Below are positions 41,461 through 54,759 of a DNA stretch of 64,000 nt, one piece after another. The notes below the pieces were generated by a model. The model did not search any database and was not told the DNA's origin. It saw nothing but the letters and a program-made list of their open reading frames with translations. Origin of the DNA: Chrysomallon squamiferum (lineage: Eukaryota; Animalia; Mollusca); the NCBI GenBank assembly GCA_012295275.1, contig CM022672.1:29388001-29452000 (forward strand), read 5' to 3'. Position 1 is the first letter of the stretch. Each line of letters starts with the position of its first letter. Position numbers and translations under genes: made by a program.

Positions 41461-42144
41461 ATATCAGGAGTCAATTTTTTCACCCATTTATTTATTATTT
41501 TTATTTTTTAAAATTAATTGTACAGTTAATTTATGTATTTACAAAGAACTCTAAAAATCTAATCACTTTGAATATGTTGAAACAAACCTAAGTTTAATTG
41601 CTGCATAAACAACCTGTTTTCATTCTGTGTTTCTGCAGGCACTAATTTGTACATCAGTTAGGTAACAGCAAACTTTGAAAACAAGATTACATTGTCGTGA
41701 GAACTAATTTTTCTTCAGTAACCTTTGACCTTTCAAGGCATTTGTTTAAACCAGCTGCATAGTGTTTTCTGATAAACAAATTGTCAGTTAATTCTAGATA
41801 GTATATAATAAAAATGAACACAACGTTCTTAATGCTTATACTTTTTAAAGAGAACATGCCTTCTTCTCTTCACAACACGGTGTATACATCGAAATAGTTT
41901 CCGTTACATACATTTTTTTCATCGAATAGAGAGGGAGTCTGACGAGAAGACCTAGAACGAAACACCGTCCAACTTTGCAAAATATTAAGCTATAACGCAT
42001 AATTGTTATTATTTCAAGTGATAGATATCAGTAACAACAGAACGGGTAAAAGCGCAGCATATGCCATCATTGACCACGTATTCACCTTCATGACAAATTC
42101 TAAATATTTCTTTTTCTTTTCTTTATTTTTTTCTTAAATCAGTA

Positions 42145-42211
<67 letters not shown>

Positions 42212-43105
42212 TGAAGTGAATGTACTACACTTTTGATTAGACTAACCTTGTTTACGGAGGAAATCACAACGCAAAACCGTAACTGTCATTCGACATCCAA
42301 AATCTGGCTGTTTGTCGCATTTATTTATCGCCACTTGGCAACACGAAGGACATCATCAAAATTGACTTCTGAAACTTTCCTAGAGAAAAAAAGAAAAGAA
42401 ACGACACGATAAAGAAAAAAGAACAAAAAACGTTGACATCGACAACAAAATATAGAAATAGTAACTGAAGTAATCAATTGCCACTGCTTTTTCAATTTTG
42501 TGCGAATTTGAGTGCACAACTTTATTACAAATATCGTTGACGTGCATGCTCACACGTGTTGCACGTGAAACGATTTCTGAATGCTGTCAGTTTTTGGGAT
42601 ACATGTAATGCTTGTTCATATAATTATAATAAGCCAGAAGGGATATCAGTGAACTTTCTTCCAGAACGCCAGATGTGTCCTCGGTCACGCGTAGTCAGTA
42701 CAATAATGCATAGCTTTATCAAATAATCACAGTGTTATATCATAGTTTTCTCGTTTTCATATCTTTCGCTTTTCAGATACCATACATGTAAGCACAAAAA
42801 ATCGGAATTTGAACCTTAAAAATGTCATTCAAAAGTAAATGGGTCATCTTATGCACTAAGCGTAAAAATCGAAACTTAATATCCTGAGGTTTAAAAAATT
42901 TCGTGTCGATGGAAAACGGAATAAAACATTTGTATCACGCCTATGGTAAGTGCCAGACTTAGTTGTCTTACACAGTGAGTACATCTCAAAATCTACATCC
43001 TGGACATCGTCTTCTACACAGCGGCCTTGTAAGCCTATTTATATATAGTGATATAAAATTTCTTTTTCCTTCTCCCTCTGTCACATCCACATACATACGC
43101 ACTCA

Positions 43106-43159
<54 letters not shown>

Positions 43160-43667
43160 CATCAGCATCACTACTGTTACATTACAGATAAAGATAATAT
43201 GCTGGCACACAGATAAATAGAATACAATTATTAAGTTTCTTTAGCACGTTTTAAACTTCTACGAAGAGGTACACTCACGTACGTCAGTTGGCATGAAGTA
43301 AATGACGCGTTCGTCCTGCCTTTCACGAAGTTTCGACAAACTGTATCCACGCAAGAATTAAACCCTGCTCCTGAATGACGACAACAACAACAATTAGTCT
43401 GTATTTAACAATTACGATATTTAAATTTGTTTTCTTTATTTCATTACTTTCTTTTCTTTCTATTCTGACTTTTCCTTTCTTTTCCTTTCTTTACTTTTCC
43501 TTTCATTTTTGTTTTTCTTTTCGTTTCGTTTCTTTTGTTTCTATTTTTTTTTTTATTCGTTATTATTATTATTATTATTTTTTTAATCTTAAATTTAAAA
43601 TGGATTTTAGAAAAATCAATAACTGTTGCAAATTCTCATTTAGTTATAAATAATAAATGAATGCCGG

Positions 43668-44783
43668 TGTCAGAGAATATTTGTTCGCCTAACTAAAATG
43701 TGTATCCCCCCACTCTGTGATTATGTTCAGGTGTAGTTCTGTATTCTGTTTGTGGTAATTACTGTATACAGCGTGTGTCTTTTGAAACTGACTAATTAGA
43801 GATTCACAGGTAAAACTGTAGATAGGTGGAGAAATAAGTAGGAAAAAATTTGCGTCCATTTTGATCGCTACTCCTTTCTTGAAAATAGGGACATACTCTT
43901 TTAACTTTTTTTTTCCCCCTTAAAGTGAAGGTGACAGCATTCATTCCAAAATCCATTTATCATTGATATTTTTTTCTTTTTTTGTTATCTGTAATCCTAT
44001 TGTAGGCCTAAGCATTCCCTGTGCCACAATAACACGGCCTCTGAATTTATTTGGTGACTTGTTGGAATCTGAAATGTCAAAACAAGTCGATTGATGAGAC
44101 TCTTCATTTTGATATACACCAGTGATTATGATGATGAGGATTAACAAGCCAAGCAGTCAAGTTTGAAATTTTGCTAAATCTGACTCTTATTTTACTGATT
44201 TTATTTTTTCTGTCTGTCTGTTGGTCAATATCAGCTTACTAGAAGCTATCAGATGGATGACACAGAGTACGGCAAGCTCCTGGCCTTCGTCACTGAAGGA
44301 AAATACCCTAAGATTACACCAAAAATCAGAAACGAACTCTTTATAAAGCAGTCCAGTATTATTCAGTAAAAGATGGACTCCTATATAATTGTGCAAGTGG
44401 TGAAGGTGTCCAAGAAAGCCAAAATTCTACCGTTTGTCTATGATGACGAGTTATAAGGAGGATATTTTTCCTGGGGAAAAATGCGGCAAAAGTTAAGAAT
44501 CCGTTTTTGATTTGTTTGTTTTTTTGTTTGTTTTTCTGAAAAGGAATGACTGTTAAGGACGATTAAACACTTTATTTTTCCAATTCTTATATCCATTTAT
44601 CAAAATACTGAGGACAGTTTGTACACTGGCTTGAAAATATTGAGGAAAACGACTTTTAAAACATATATTGTTATCCAAATTTGAAAATTTCACCTAATTC
44701 TATAGCTTAAAGCATGTGGAACTGCTATATGTCGTGGGTAGGAACAAATATTAATTCCCTGAGGGTACAAATATTCTTATACA
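43668..44783 (+). mobile_element. Non-autonomous/decayed Ginger1-type DNA transposon
   Basis: CCGG direct repeats at 43664-43667 and 44784-44787, with termini TGTCAGAGAATATTTGT ... ACAAATATTCTTATACA. An internal frameshifted peptide at 44253-44390 (MDDTEYGKLLAFVTEGKYP/DYTKNQKRTLYKAVQYYSVKDGLLYN) resembles the GIN/Ginger integrase N-terminus. Confidence 0.75.
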
Positions 44784-44814
44784 CCGGTAATAACTATCTA
44801 AGTATAGAACGTAC

Positions 44815-45500
44815 GAATGAATGTTTTATTAACAATTCCTTCAGTACATTTTAATCTTAGCAACCTTAGTGTGATCGAATATAATATCTTTTTATAACTT
44901 CTAATTCCTGTAAGCAATGGTATGACAGAGCAAACGAGATATATCTACATAACAGACATTTCTTAGGAATTAAGAGCAAAGATCTATTTATTGGGTTGGC
45001 AGCTAAGTTCCCGCCGTTTTTTTAATTTAACTTTTTTAAAGGTTTAATAAAAACTAACAACTATTCAATCAATGATGTATTCTCCCTTGTTGTTTACAAC
45101 TTCTTCCCAACGTTCAACAAGATTTTCAATACCTCTTCGGTTTTGTCTCGAAAAATTCATCCAACCAAGCTCTCAGTTTTGCATCAGTGTTGAACGAAAC
45201 TCCGCGCATAGCATTTGAAAGAGATTGAAAGAGGTGGAAATCCGTCGGTGCCAAGTCTAGCGAGTACGGCGGGTGCAGCACTTCCCAGCCGTGCGTTTGA
45301 ATGGCTTCTTTGGTCATATTGAAAACACAATAGATTTAAACAAAACGGCGGGAATTTAGTTGCCAACCCAATATATCCATTTTCTCAGAGAAGGGACTGT
45401 ACCTACCACTGAATTTGATAAACTGGTTGTAAGGTCTTGTTGGAGGATTGATCCGGCTCTATCCTGTTACGAGATTTGCGCTCTAAACACTGAACTTTAG
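44815..45500 (-). mobile_element. Old tRNA-derived SINE interrupted by the mariner element
   Basis: The minus-strand head AGTTCAGTGTTTAGAGCG...GGATCAATCC resembles A/B boxes. Body blocks either side of the mariner TA (GATCTATTTA|TATCCAT...GTACCTACCA) resemble decayed copies at about 12440-12570 and 2020-2165. Confidence 0.45.
44991..45371 (-). mobile_element. Internally deleted mariner element (381 bp)
   Basis: TA TSDs at 44989-90 and 45372-73. About 30-bp TIRs (TTGGGTTGGCAGCTAAGTTCCCGCCGTTTT / AAAACGGCGGGAATTTAGTTGCCAACCCAA). Retains the transposase C-terminus WEVLHPPYSLDLAPTDFHLFQSL...ENLVERWEEVVNNKGEYIID with the YSPDLAP-type motif. Confidence 0.95.
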
Positions 45501-47395
45501 TGAGTCTGTTTACAGAAAATGTTTTATATTACAATTTGTGGATAAAATGTAGCCTGGTTTATTAATATATAGCAAATTGTTATTAACCATAAAATTAATT
45601 AAGCAAATCCCTGAATTTATTTATTTTGACTATAAATTTTGACGATGTCAAAGAATAAAAATGAAGTATATTTGTTAAAAGAAACGATGAGTTTAATTTT
45701 TGTTGTAACAGTTGATTTCATCCTTTTTTAAATTTAAAATAATTTTTTTTTTTATTGATTATCATTTTATTTTATTTTATTTTATTTTATTTTATTTTAT
45801 TTATTATTTATTTATTATTTATTTATCGGAGTTCTCGATTCCTCAGACTGAGTACTGCGTGACCTATTTGCATGTACTGATAGCTTAGCGAATGGATGAT
45901 GCTATCACCAGCCAATCAATGGCTTACACGATGAACTTACGAGCAACCGCACGTCTAAGCGTAGACGGGTTTTACTAGACTTTAATAAGATTTGTGTAAC
46001 ATTTCAGTACGTAACCGCCGCGACAAGCATGGGTGGTGGTGACCTGATACGTCAGTAGGCAATAACTTCGTGTATCTACGTTCCAGTCAGGACACGCATG
46101 AGGGTTTTCATTTAACACTGTTAATTGAAACTTCGGATGAATCGTGCTTTTTTATTTATATAATAACAACGCGTTTAACAGTAACACAGTACTTCTGACA
46201 TACGCTAACACAGTACCGTGGCTGAGAGCTGTGGCTGTCGTAATTAATGATTACATAATGAGTATAAATGGTGAATCAGTTTTATTTATTATTTAACATA
46301 GACGGTCTTACGAATTGACGACATTTGGAGCGCCAGACAACAAGGGAGGTCACTCTTTTGAGCGTGATCGTCTGAAGTTGTTTATAAACACGTCATGGAA
46401 CAGACGACAATTGTTGACGCTAAAGTAATCACCGCACGTAGGTAAACAATAACTTCATCAATGAAATGAATTTAAATATCTTCAATTTTAGTGTCGTTGT
46501 TACTTTTCTTCGTTTGAAAGATGCCAGTCATCGAGCGTAACTGCTGCACATAATTATTCTGCACCTAAAATAAACTGCATAATCAAACTCGGTGGCAGAT
46601 CGAGGACGTACAAAGGAGGGCGCCTTGATTTTGAGGATATTTTTTTTTTACAAATAAATTTCATTATATATATATATATATAATCACCCATTTTCACATA
46701 ATCGTGAAAATTACTTCAAAGAGAAGACGGCAGGCTTTTTTTTTTTTTCGTTTTTTTTTTTTACGTTTTTATGAAAAGCGCTATATTTTCCAATAGTGTT
46801 ATCTAAGACGAACAAAATGATAAAAAAAATAAAATAAAATAAAAAATTGTCGTACCGAATGCCATTTCCCTGATGACAGAAGTCAATGAGGGCGGGATGA
46901 AAAGAAAAAGTCAATTTCACCAGAGTATTCATTCATTTATAGCTTTTGTAAACAAATCACACTTTTCTTCCGTTTTTAAAAATATTATTCAAATAAGACT
47001 TGTTGGCGAATAACTTAACCAAAGTATTTTAATTTTTTAATTTTTTTCCCCCCGATATTATATTTATTTATGTTTTAGCTCATTATCATTTGTCGCCAAA
47101 ATCGACATTGTCATTAAAAATCCATTCTTAAGTTTTCAGTTGTAACATCGAGAATAACTTTAATAACGTATATATCTATATATAAAACGAATTGCATACT
47201 AGATTTAATTTAACATTTTTATATTCAAAATATTATTTGCCGAGCTAATGCACATACAAAAATTAAAAAAGAAAAGAAAAGAAGAAAAAATGAATTAACT
47301 GCCAGACATAATCTCCGAGACGAAACACGTAAATACAAGAGTAGCCATATATTTTATATTAATCGTTTTAAGTTTAATGACAGGAGGTTCAACTA

Positions 47396-47650
47396 ATCTC
47401 GTTTTATTTTGTTAAAATATAAAGTAAAAAATAAAATAAAAATGCATCTCTTATACTGCAGTTGTTGCATTTCCGTGACAATAAGTCTCACACACACACA
47501 CACACACACACATACACACACACACATGATACTGTCGCTTGATGTGTGATCTCGTTTTCTTTTAATAAAAAATTCGTTTCTTACACTGCAGTTGTTGCAT
47601 TTGCGTGATGATGAGTCATACATACATACATAGATACATACATACATACA
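47396..47650. repeat. Two-copy tandem duplication containing microsatellites
   Basis: ATCTCGTTTT...TTAyACTGCAGTTGTTGCATTTsCGTGA occurs twice, followed by (CA)n in the first copy and (CATA)n in the second. Confidence 0.75.
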
Positions 47651-48064
47651 TATATATATGTATATATATATATGTATTACACTGTGGCTCGAAGTGCGGG
47701 TTTTCTGGATTCATATTTGGCCATATAAACTAAGCTTATCAAGTTATAAAATGGGATTATTTAATTTTCTAAAACGAATAAAATAAGATAAGTTTACGAA
47801 AAAGCAAAATAGAAGGGTAACAGTTCTGTAAATTTAGTAAGTGCCTCAAATCAAAGATCTCTGACCCTCCTTACATTTAAACCTTTCGATAAAATAAGAG
47901 AAAGAGAAAGTGAGGTAGAAGGAAAGAGTTCTATAAATTTAACAAAGGTTTTAGGCAATATATCCAAGATCTGTAACACTCCGTTTCATTTAGACCATTC
48001 GATACTATTATTAATAATAATAAAAGTAGTAGTAGTAGTGATGATGATTATGATGATCATGATG

Positions 48065-48096
<32 letters not shown>

Positions 48097-48486
48097 TATG
48101 AGAACAGAGTAACATGTTGAGACATTAAGAATCTGAAGATAAATAAATAAATAAAAAATAAATAATAAAAATACCAATAAAAAACAAACAAATAAATAAA
48201 AATACAAACAAACAGAATAGCATAAATAAACAAAAAAAGTTACTAATTACATTAATGTTACCTGATACCGTGCGTCAGTGTTGTATTCACTGTTGTCCTG
48301 ATACACATTTCCAACACTCGTACACAACGCAGCAGTCAAAACAGCATCAAATATCACAACAAATCTGATGATTGACTGGCAGTTAGAATCCTAAATACCT
48401 ACATATTTCAGTTCCATACGCTGATAAATCCTGTCTTCCCTGTTATAAAGTGTTTGTGGTTATGTGTTAAAATGTCAGCAGACGTA

Positions 48487-48488
<2 letters not shown>

Positions 48489-48553
<65 letters not shown>

Positions 48554-48634
48554 AATTTGACTGCTGGCGTTTAATTTACATCCCATTTGTTATGCATTAA
48601 CATCGCTGGGTTTTATTATACTATTGTTCTACCC

Positions 48635-48681
<47 letters not shown>

Positions 48682-48686
48682 TAATA

Positions 48687-48736
<50 letters not shown>

Positions 48737-48760
48737 AATGATGATGATGATGATGATAAT
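48489..48760. repeat. Compound microsatellite cluster (TTA)n,(AAAT)n,(AAT)n,(GAT)n
   Basis: Directly visible; source of the poly-H/Y/S ORFs in the track. Confidence 0.95.
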
Positions 48761-48940
48761 AAAATGAAAAGAAAATTAAAAAAAAAAAAAAAAAAAAATG
48801 AAAAAAGAAACAACAAACTATATATGTAGCATTATATGTAGACATAGAAATGGAGAGCCAGATATTTATTTATTTATTGATTTATTTTTATGATGATATT
48901 TTACTTATTAAAGCAACAAGTTTATTTTGTATAAGACAAA

Positions 48941-48977
<37 letters not shown>

Positions 48978-50059
48978 CATAGAAAGGAATTATAAATTAT
49001 ACCTGTACATGTATTTGAAAACTCCATAAATTGTCTGCCCTTTAAAGTTCAGACTCCATCAATGACTGCTCCCTTGACGACATTTGACCTCTAACCTACA
49101 TTTCACACCTGACCATTACGCTCCAGGTAAATACTGTAGCTGGCGTTCACTCGGCATGAAAATCAGATTAACACTAAACAGACGTAAGAACGTTACCGCC
49201 ACGATGACGTCGTCTTTTCGGTCAGGTGAGAAAACTTCACGTAATTTTATTATATTTTTATAACATCAAGTAGAATGTCACCGAAAAATGATTTATGTGA
49301 CAATGTTCAGTTTAGTTCGAGTGGGTGCAATAGCAGTGATAGCGAATGAAAATTTCAAACTTGTTTCTTTGTGCTTCATATTTAAAAACACTAAAAGTGT
49401 TAATATAAAACTGTAACAACAATATATCCACTGTAATTGCTGCTTCCATGTTCATGTCACGTTATTACTAATGAACTGTTTAAAGTCAGTCAGTTAGTAG
49501 AGTGTAGGTTCTCGTATTGAATTGATTTCCGCCTGATCTGGCCGCGAGAGGCGACTTTTTAAATTTAAAAGTTTTTTGTTTTTGTTTTGGAAAATGCTGT
49601 TTGAAATGCTTATATTACATGAAGTATTTTGACGGAACAATAACAGTATTTGAAAGTACTAAAACAACATCTGTACAAGTATTTTATCATTTCAATTAAC
49701 GAGCTCTATTTAAAACCGAGAGGCGGCGAGTTCGTTCTGTAGCCCGGGGCGTGGTTGATGACAACGTAGATAGATAGTTTGTGATTTCTTAATCCACGAA
49801 TCCTGAATCAAATCTTGAGTCAGAGGGAAAAAAACAATAGTCGTAGTGGATTTTTTTCAGAACTGTATCTGTCAGCTGACATGCTTCAGGCCATCATCTA
49901 AGATGACTAATGTTAATTTTCATTTAGCTAATTGATATATATATTTTTTATGGTTGAAAGGTTAATTTATTATTTAAAAGTACATGAATGAAATGTAGGT
50001 CTATGGTAATAGAAAATTACGAAATTAATGCGTTATTTTATTTCTGTATTGCCTGTCGT

Positions 50060-50061
<2 letters not shown>

Positions 50062-50152
<91 letters not shown>

Positions 50153-50221
50153 TTATGTATCTATGTAGGAACAATTGTGTTCTTAGTTGCATCGTAGTCG
50201 ATCCATTTTCACATGTCTGTG

Positions 50222-50301
<80 letters not shown>
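50062..50301. repeat. (TC)n 50062-50148 and (AG)n 50226-50301 complementary microsatellites
   Basis: Directly visible. Confidence 0.95.
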
Positions 50302-50304
<3 letters not shown>

Positions 50305-51209
50305 AAATTTAACTATGTATTTGAATCATTTGCGTAACTAAAAGTCATTATAGGTGGGGAGCGAAAGTTATGACAAGACAGTTATCATGTTGCTTTATTA
50401 TTAAGATATACCATTCAGTAGCATGAAGTAGCAATTATTTTTTGAATAATGTGTTTAATTATCATTTTTTCAACTATTAAGACATAACCAAAGAAGCCTG
50501 TTGTCTTCTGAAGACATATTTAAAGACACTCAGAATGCGTGTTCTTGATAAAGTGATAACTCGCGAATCTTATAATTATTTCTGTTTAGGGTACCATATT
50601 AAAGAAATTAATGTACATCTATTTTATGCCAAATTTTAAAGTTACTTTATATGTGAAAAAGTTATATATATTAAGAATTTTTAAGATAACAATTTTTTAT
50701 TTGTATATGAGAACGAAACATTATTCATAATCATTAGAATAGAAAAATCCATCCATCTTCGATTTCTAATTCTTTTTCCTTGGAGTCTTTAAATAGACAT
50801 TTACGTTTTAAAACGCGAGTTTAGAACATGTTTTAATACAGTGATAAATTCTAGAAACCTTGACAAACTCAAAGCTGTTAACAGCACAGTTTATACCAAC
50901 TATAAAGTATTAAGTAACAGACATATAAACATTTTATATCCTAAATCGTTAACTTCGATCATATTTGGTCATGTATGCTCCATAGGGGATTTCAGGCGAA
51001 TCACTTAGGCGTAATGTTCGGGAGTGGGGGGAGGGAAAGGGGCAACAGAAATTGCAGAATTGAACAGACACATTATGCTGAATCTGGTAAAAGAAAGAAG
51101 AAACTGGTGCTTGTGTTTTTATTCAAATTGTAGTTCGGGCAAATCAATCCATTTGGTCCGCTTAACCAAAACATCAACATAATTATAAACATGGCGAAAA
51201 TAATGTCTT

Positions 51210-51805
51210 AGTGGAACTCATTTGTAAGTGAGGGATTCTTTGTATTTCTCAGTTTTCATTGTCTGGAAGATAATTGCTTTTATATGATACACTCTATTCA
51301 CTGACCTGAAGAACACAAGTAAAAGTTAATGCAAGTTTGTATAACACTAAACACTGTCTTATGTTAAACATCCTATTTTGTTATCAAATTCTTATTTGAT
51401 TTTATTATTAAACTAAGACAAGTAGATTACTATAACATGCAGTGCTTTAAATATTCAGTTGGAATAAAAGTTCTTAGCATTTTCAAGGGAAATTCAAAGA
51501 TATTTATACATAGATTAATCAACCATATAATATGTAACTTCTGTTCACCTTTCAGAATGTTTTTGTGTCATATAAGATATATGTGAAATGAAACAAATAC
51601 ACATGCTCAAATTTGACCTCATAAAAGCACTGAACTTGCATTACAACCCAGGATTAACTGTATTTGTTTAGCTGTATCATTTCTTGTGTTCTTTAGTGTA
51701 GCATTAAAATTTAATTAAATTAATATTAATTGTATTATAATTTAGAATATCATAAATTAGTTTTTTTACACAGATTTAGTTTACTGTTGTTATTATTATT
51801 ATTAC

Positions 51806-51858
<53 letters not shown>
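51210..51858. repeat. Dispersed duplication, copy B, ending in (TTA)n
   Basis: For example CTGACCTGAAGAACACAAGTAAAAGTTAATGC (51301) is the reverse complement of about 27411-27442. Confidence 0.95.
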
Positions 51859-51860
<2 letters not shown>

Positions 51861-52318
51861 AAACCCTGTTATCTGATATTTATTTTATTAAATTAGGTTA
51901 AAATTAAAATAGTGAAGTTTTCTTTTATTTCAAATACAACATTTCATTAAACTGAATTTTTTCCTCATCTTCCTGTTTTATTTTAAAAACGGTTTTGAAT
52001 GTAATAGAAATGAAGTAGGGCAAAGCACAAATCCTGGCTGTACTCCACTTGTCACGGTGTAGTGTTTACTGTCGTGTTTGTCTGAGAATTAAAATAGGCT
52101 TAGTTGGAGTCTTTAGACAACTTTAAAAGTCATATTCGCTGAGTCGCAAAGCCAGGAAATTTTAAAAAAATACTTCTATTTTCAACGCACATTGTGTATT
52201 GTTTTAGGTAAAAAAATAATTTTGGAATGTATTTTACTTCGTCTGATATTATGTGTTAAAAGGCGAGTGACCAACAATAATAATAAGAATAATTACAGCG
52301 ATAATTTTTTATTTATTA

Positions 52319-52368
<50 letters not shown>

Positions 52369-52781
52369 CCATACATATGAAGAACCAAAAAACAAAACAA
52401 ATACAAAGCTGTTCAATTTTGTTTGCATCGTAGTTTTTTTCGAAAAGACGGTGTCCTTGAAGTCTACGTTAGGCGATACAAACAAACTGAAATCTAAATG
52501 ACTTTTTCGGACACTAAGTTACACATGCGCGCCTCGAAGAGCTGTAAATCGTATTCTTTATTATCTTTTTATGTTAATTACGACATTTTCCACCATAAAA
52601 ACTGTTTGTATTTCTGGGTGGTTCCTATGTCTGTTATTGTTAGCTGAATTTGAGGATCATTACAATAGCGACCTGACAACTTTCAAACTGAAACATACGT
52701 GTCTGTAGCAACGGCTAGATAATTAGAGCCCTTATGTATAAAACGATCTCTCTCTCTCTCAAACACATAAAGATTATATAC

Positions 52782-52785
<4 letters not shown>

Positions 52786-52861
<76 letters not shown>

Positions 52862-53780
52862 TTTCACAGTAGGTAATTTACTCACAGAATAAGAGATACG
52901 AATGAAGACGTAAAGAAAAGGATTAAGAGATATACAGAGGTAGATAAGAAGAGCGGACCTAGAAGGGGATCCACGGATACCTCCTCAAATTTGAGAAGTG
53001 CACATTTTATTTTATGATTTTTAGGTTTTTAAATTTTCTGTCAGTGAATAGAACACTGTAGAATACGTCTGCCCGCGTCCCTGTTGTAGAACTATTATAT
53101 TATGGCCCATGTTAACCGTGTGTAATTTTTCAATAGTACCTTTTCAAAATGTTATGGAGTTCTTTTTGTCATGGACTCCCCTCATCAGAAATACTGGATC
53201 CACACCAGAAAATAAGAGGAAGGGAATACGAGACGAGTTTTAATACTCAGCCATTTAAGACTTTTCCCGTTATTCTTATTTTCCTTATGACGTAGAATAT
53301 ATAATGAGCAATAACTCTGTACTGCTTAACATTTCCTCAATCGCTTCTTTATTTTATCATTTTCACTGTGACATTTTCGTAATTCACAATACGGGAAATT
53401 TAATTTTTCTGTTGTTTTAAATATACGTTCATTCTAAATGCAGGCTTTCTTTCACGAAAGAATCGAAGAAAACATCAATATATGACTGTTGGAACGAACA
53501 ACAGATGTATAAATCGTATTAAAATTGTTTTATTATAATTATTTTAGAAGTATTATTTTTCACATAAAGACAACAAGAAAGAAATTCTACTACACAGCTA
53601 CATAGGTTACCATTACAGAATAGAAATGGAAAATTCAGAGAAGACTGTTTCCCTATTTATAACAGTTCCGTTGTTTCATTAGGCCAACATTATAGAATAA
53701 CATAAAAACAGATGTTAGAAGCTTTTTCATGTAGATAGTAATTCATACCTGAGGTGGATCCAGCATGTTACTGTTGTATG

Positions 53781-53868
<88 letters not shown>
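52786..53868. repeat. (AG)n 52786-52859 and (TC)n 53784-53868 microsatellites
   Basis: Directly visible. Confidence 0.9.
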
Positions 53869-53873
<5 letters not shown>

Positions 53874-54228
53874 TCATTGATATGAATAGAAAAATCAACG
53901 ATATTACGTATCTTTGGTAAACTTCGTTCGTTCTAATAATGTGTTTATTTGTTTATTTATTTTGCCCAAATCTGCCGCTACCTTGTAAGAAATGCACGTT
54001 ATATCTTTCTTACTGTAGGATTTCACACGGTATATTGATGCACTGAACTGACTTTCACAAGTCAGCGTTACTCTTTAGCTTTGACATAAAATATTAATTA
54101 AATGTAAAATAACACAGATATACGCACACATATACGTAAATACACACAAACTAATATTTTCAAGCTAAAATAAATTAAAATCGTTTTATCTTAATGTTAT
54201 TCTTTTCAAAATACTTCTACTACTACTA

Positions 54229-54263
<35 letters not shown>

Positions 54264-54698
54264 ATACTACCACTACTATATTAATAATAATAATGGTATT
54301 ATTAAATAAATAAATAAATTACATAACTTAATATGAGAAAAAAGAGATTAATTTTGTTTTCGTTTTCAAATTGAAAAGAGGCTTTAACCAAAGACCGATA
54401 ACTCAAGTTTACTTAATCTTTTAAGAAGTTAAGCATGAAAATAATGATCGACTTACTGTATTGTATTATCCTCAGAAATAATATTACGTCATTAGTCTGT
54501 TAAGAAACAGTTGTACCCGGCTAGGGTATTATCAACAGGACTAACGTGCGGTACCATTTCTCCATGTTTTGAACTGTGGGTAGCAGTTGATGTTAAGCTT
54601 GTTTTGTGAGGGGGTGGGGGGGGTTTGGATATGGCGTTGGGGTGTGGTTTGGATTTGGCGTTGGGGTAAGAAATAAGGATAAAATAATAAATAAATTA

Positions 54699-54759
<61 letters not shown>

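Noticed and set aside
49715-49765. tRNA-like GAGTTCG segment
   Set aside because: No complete cloverleaf; at best a SINE head remnant.
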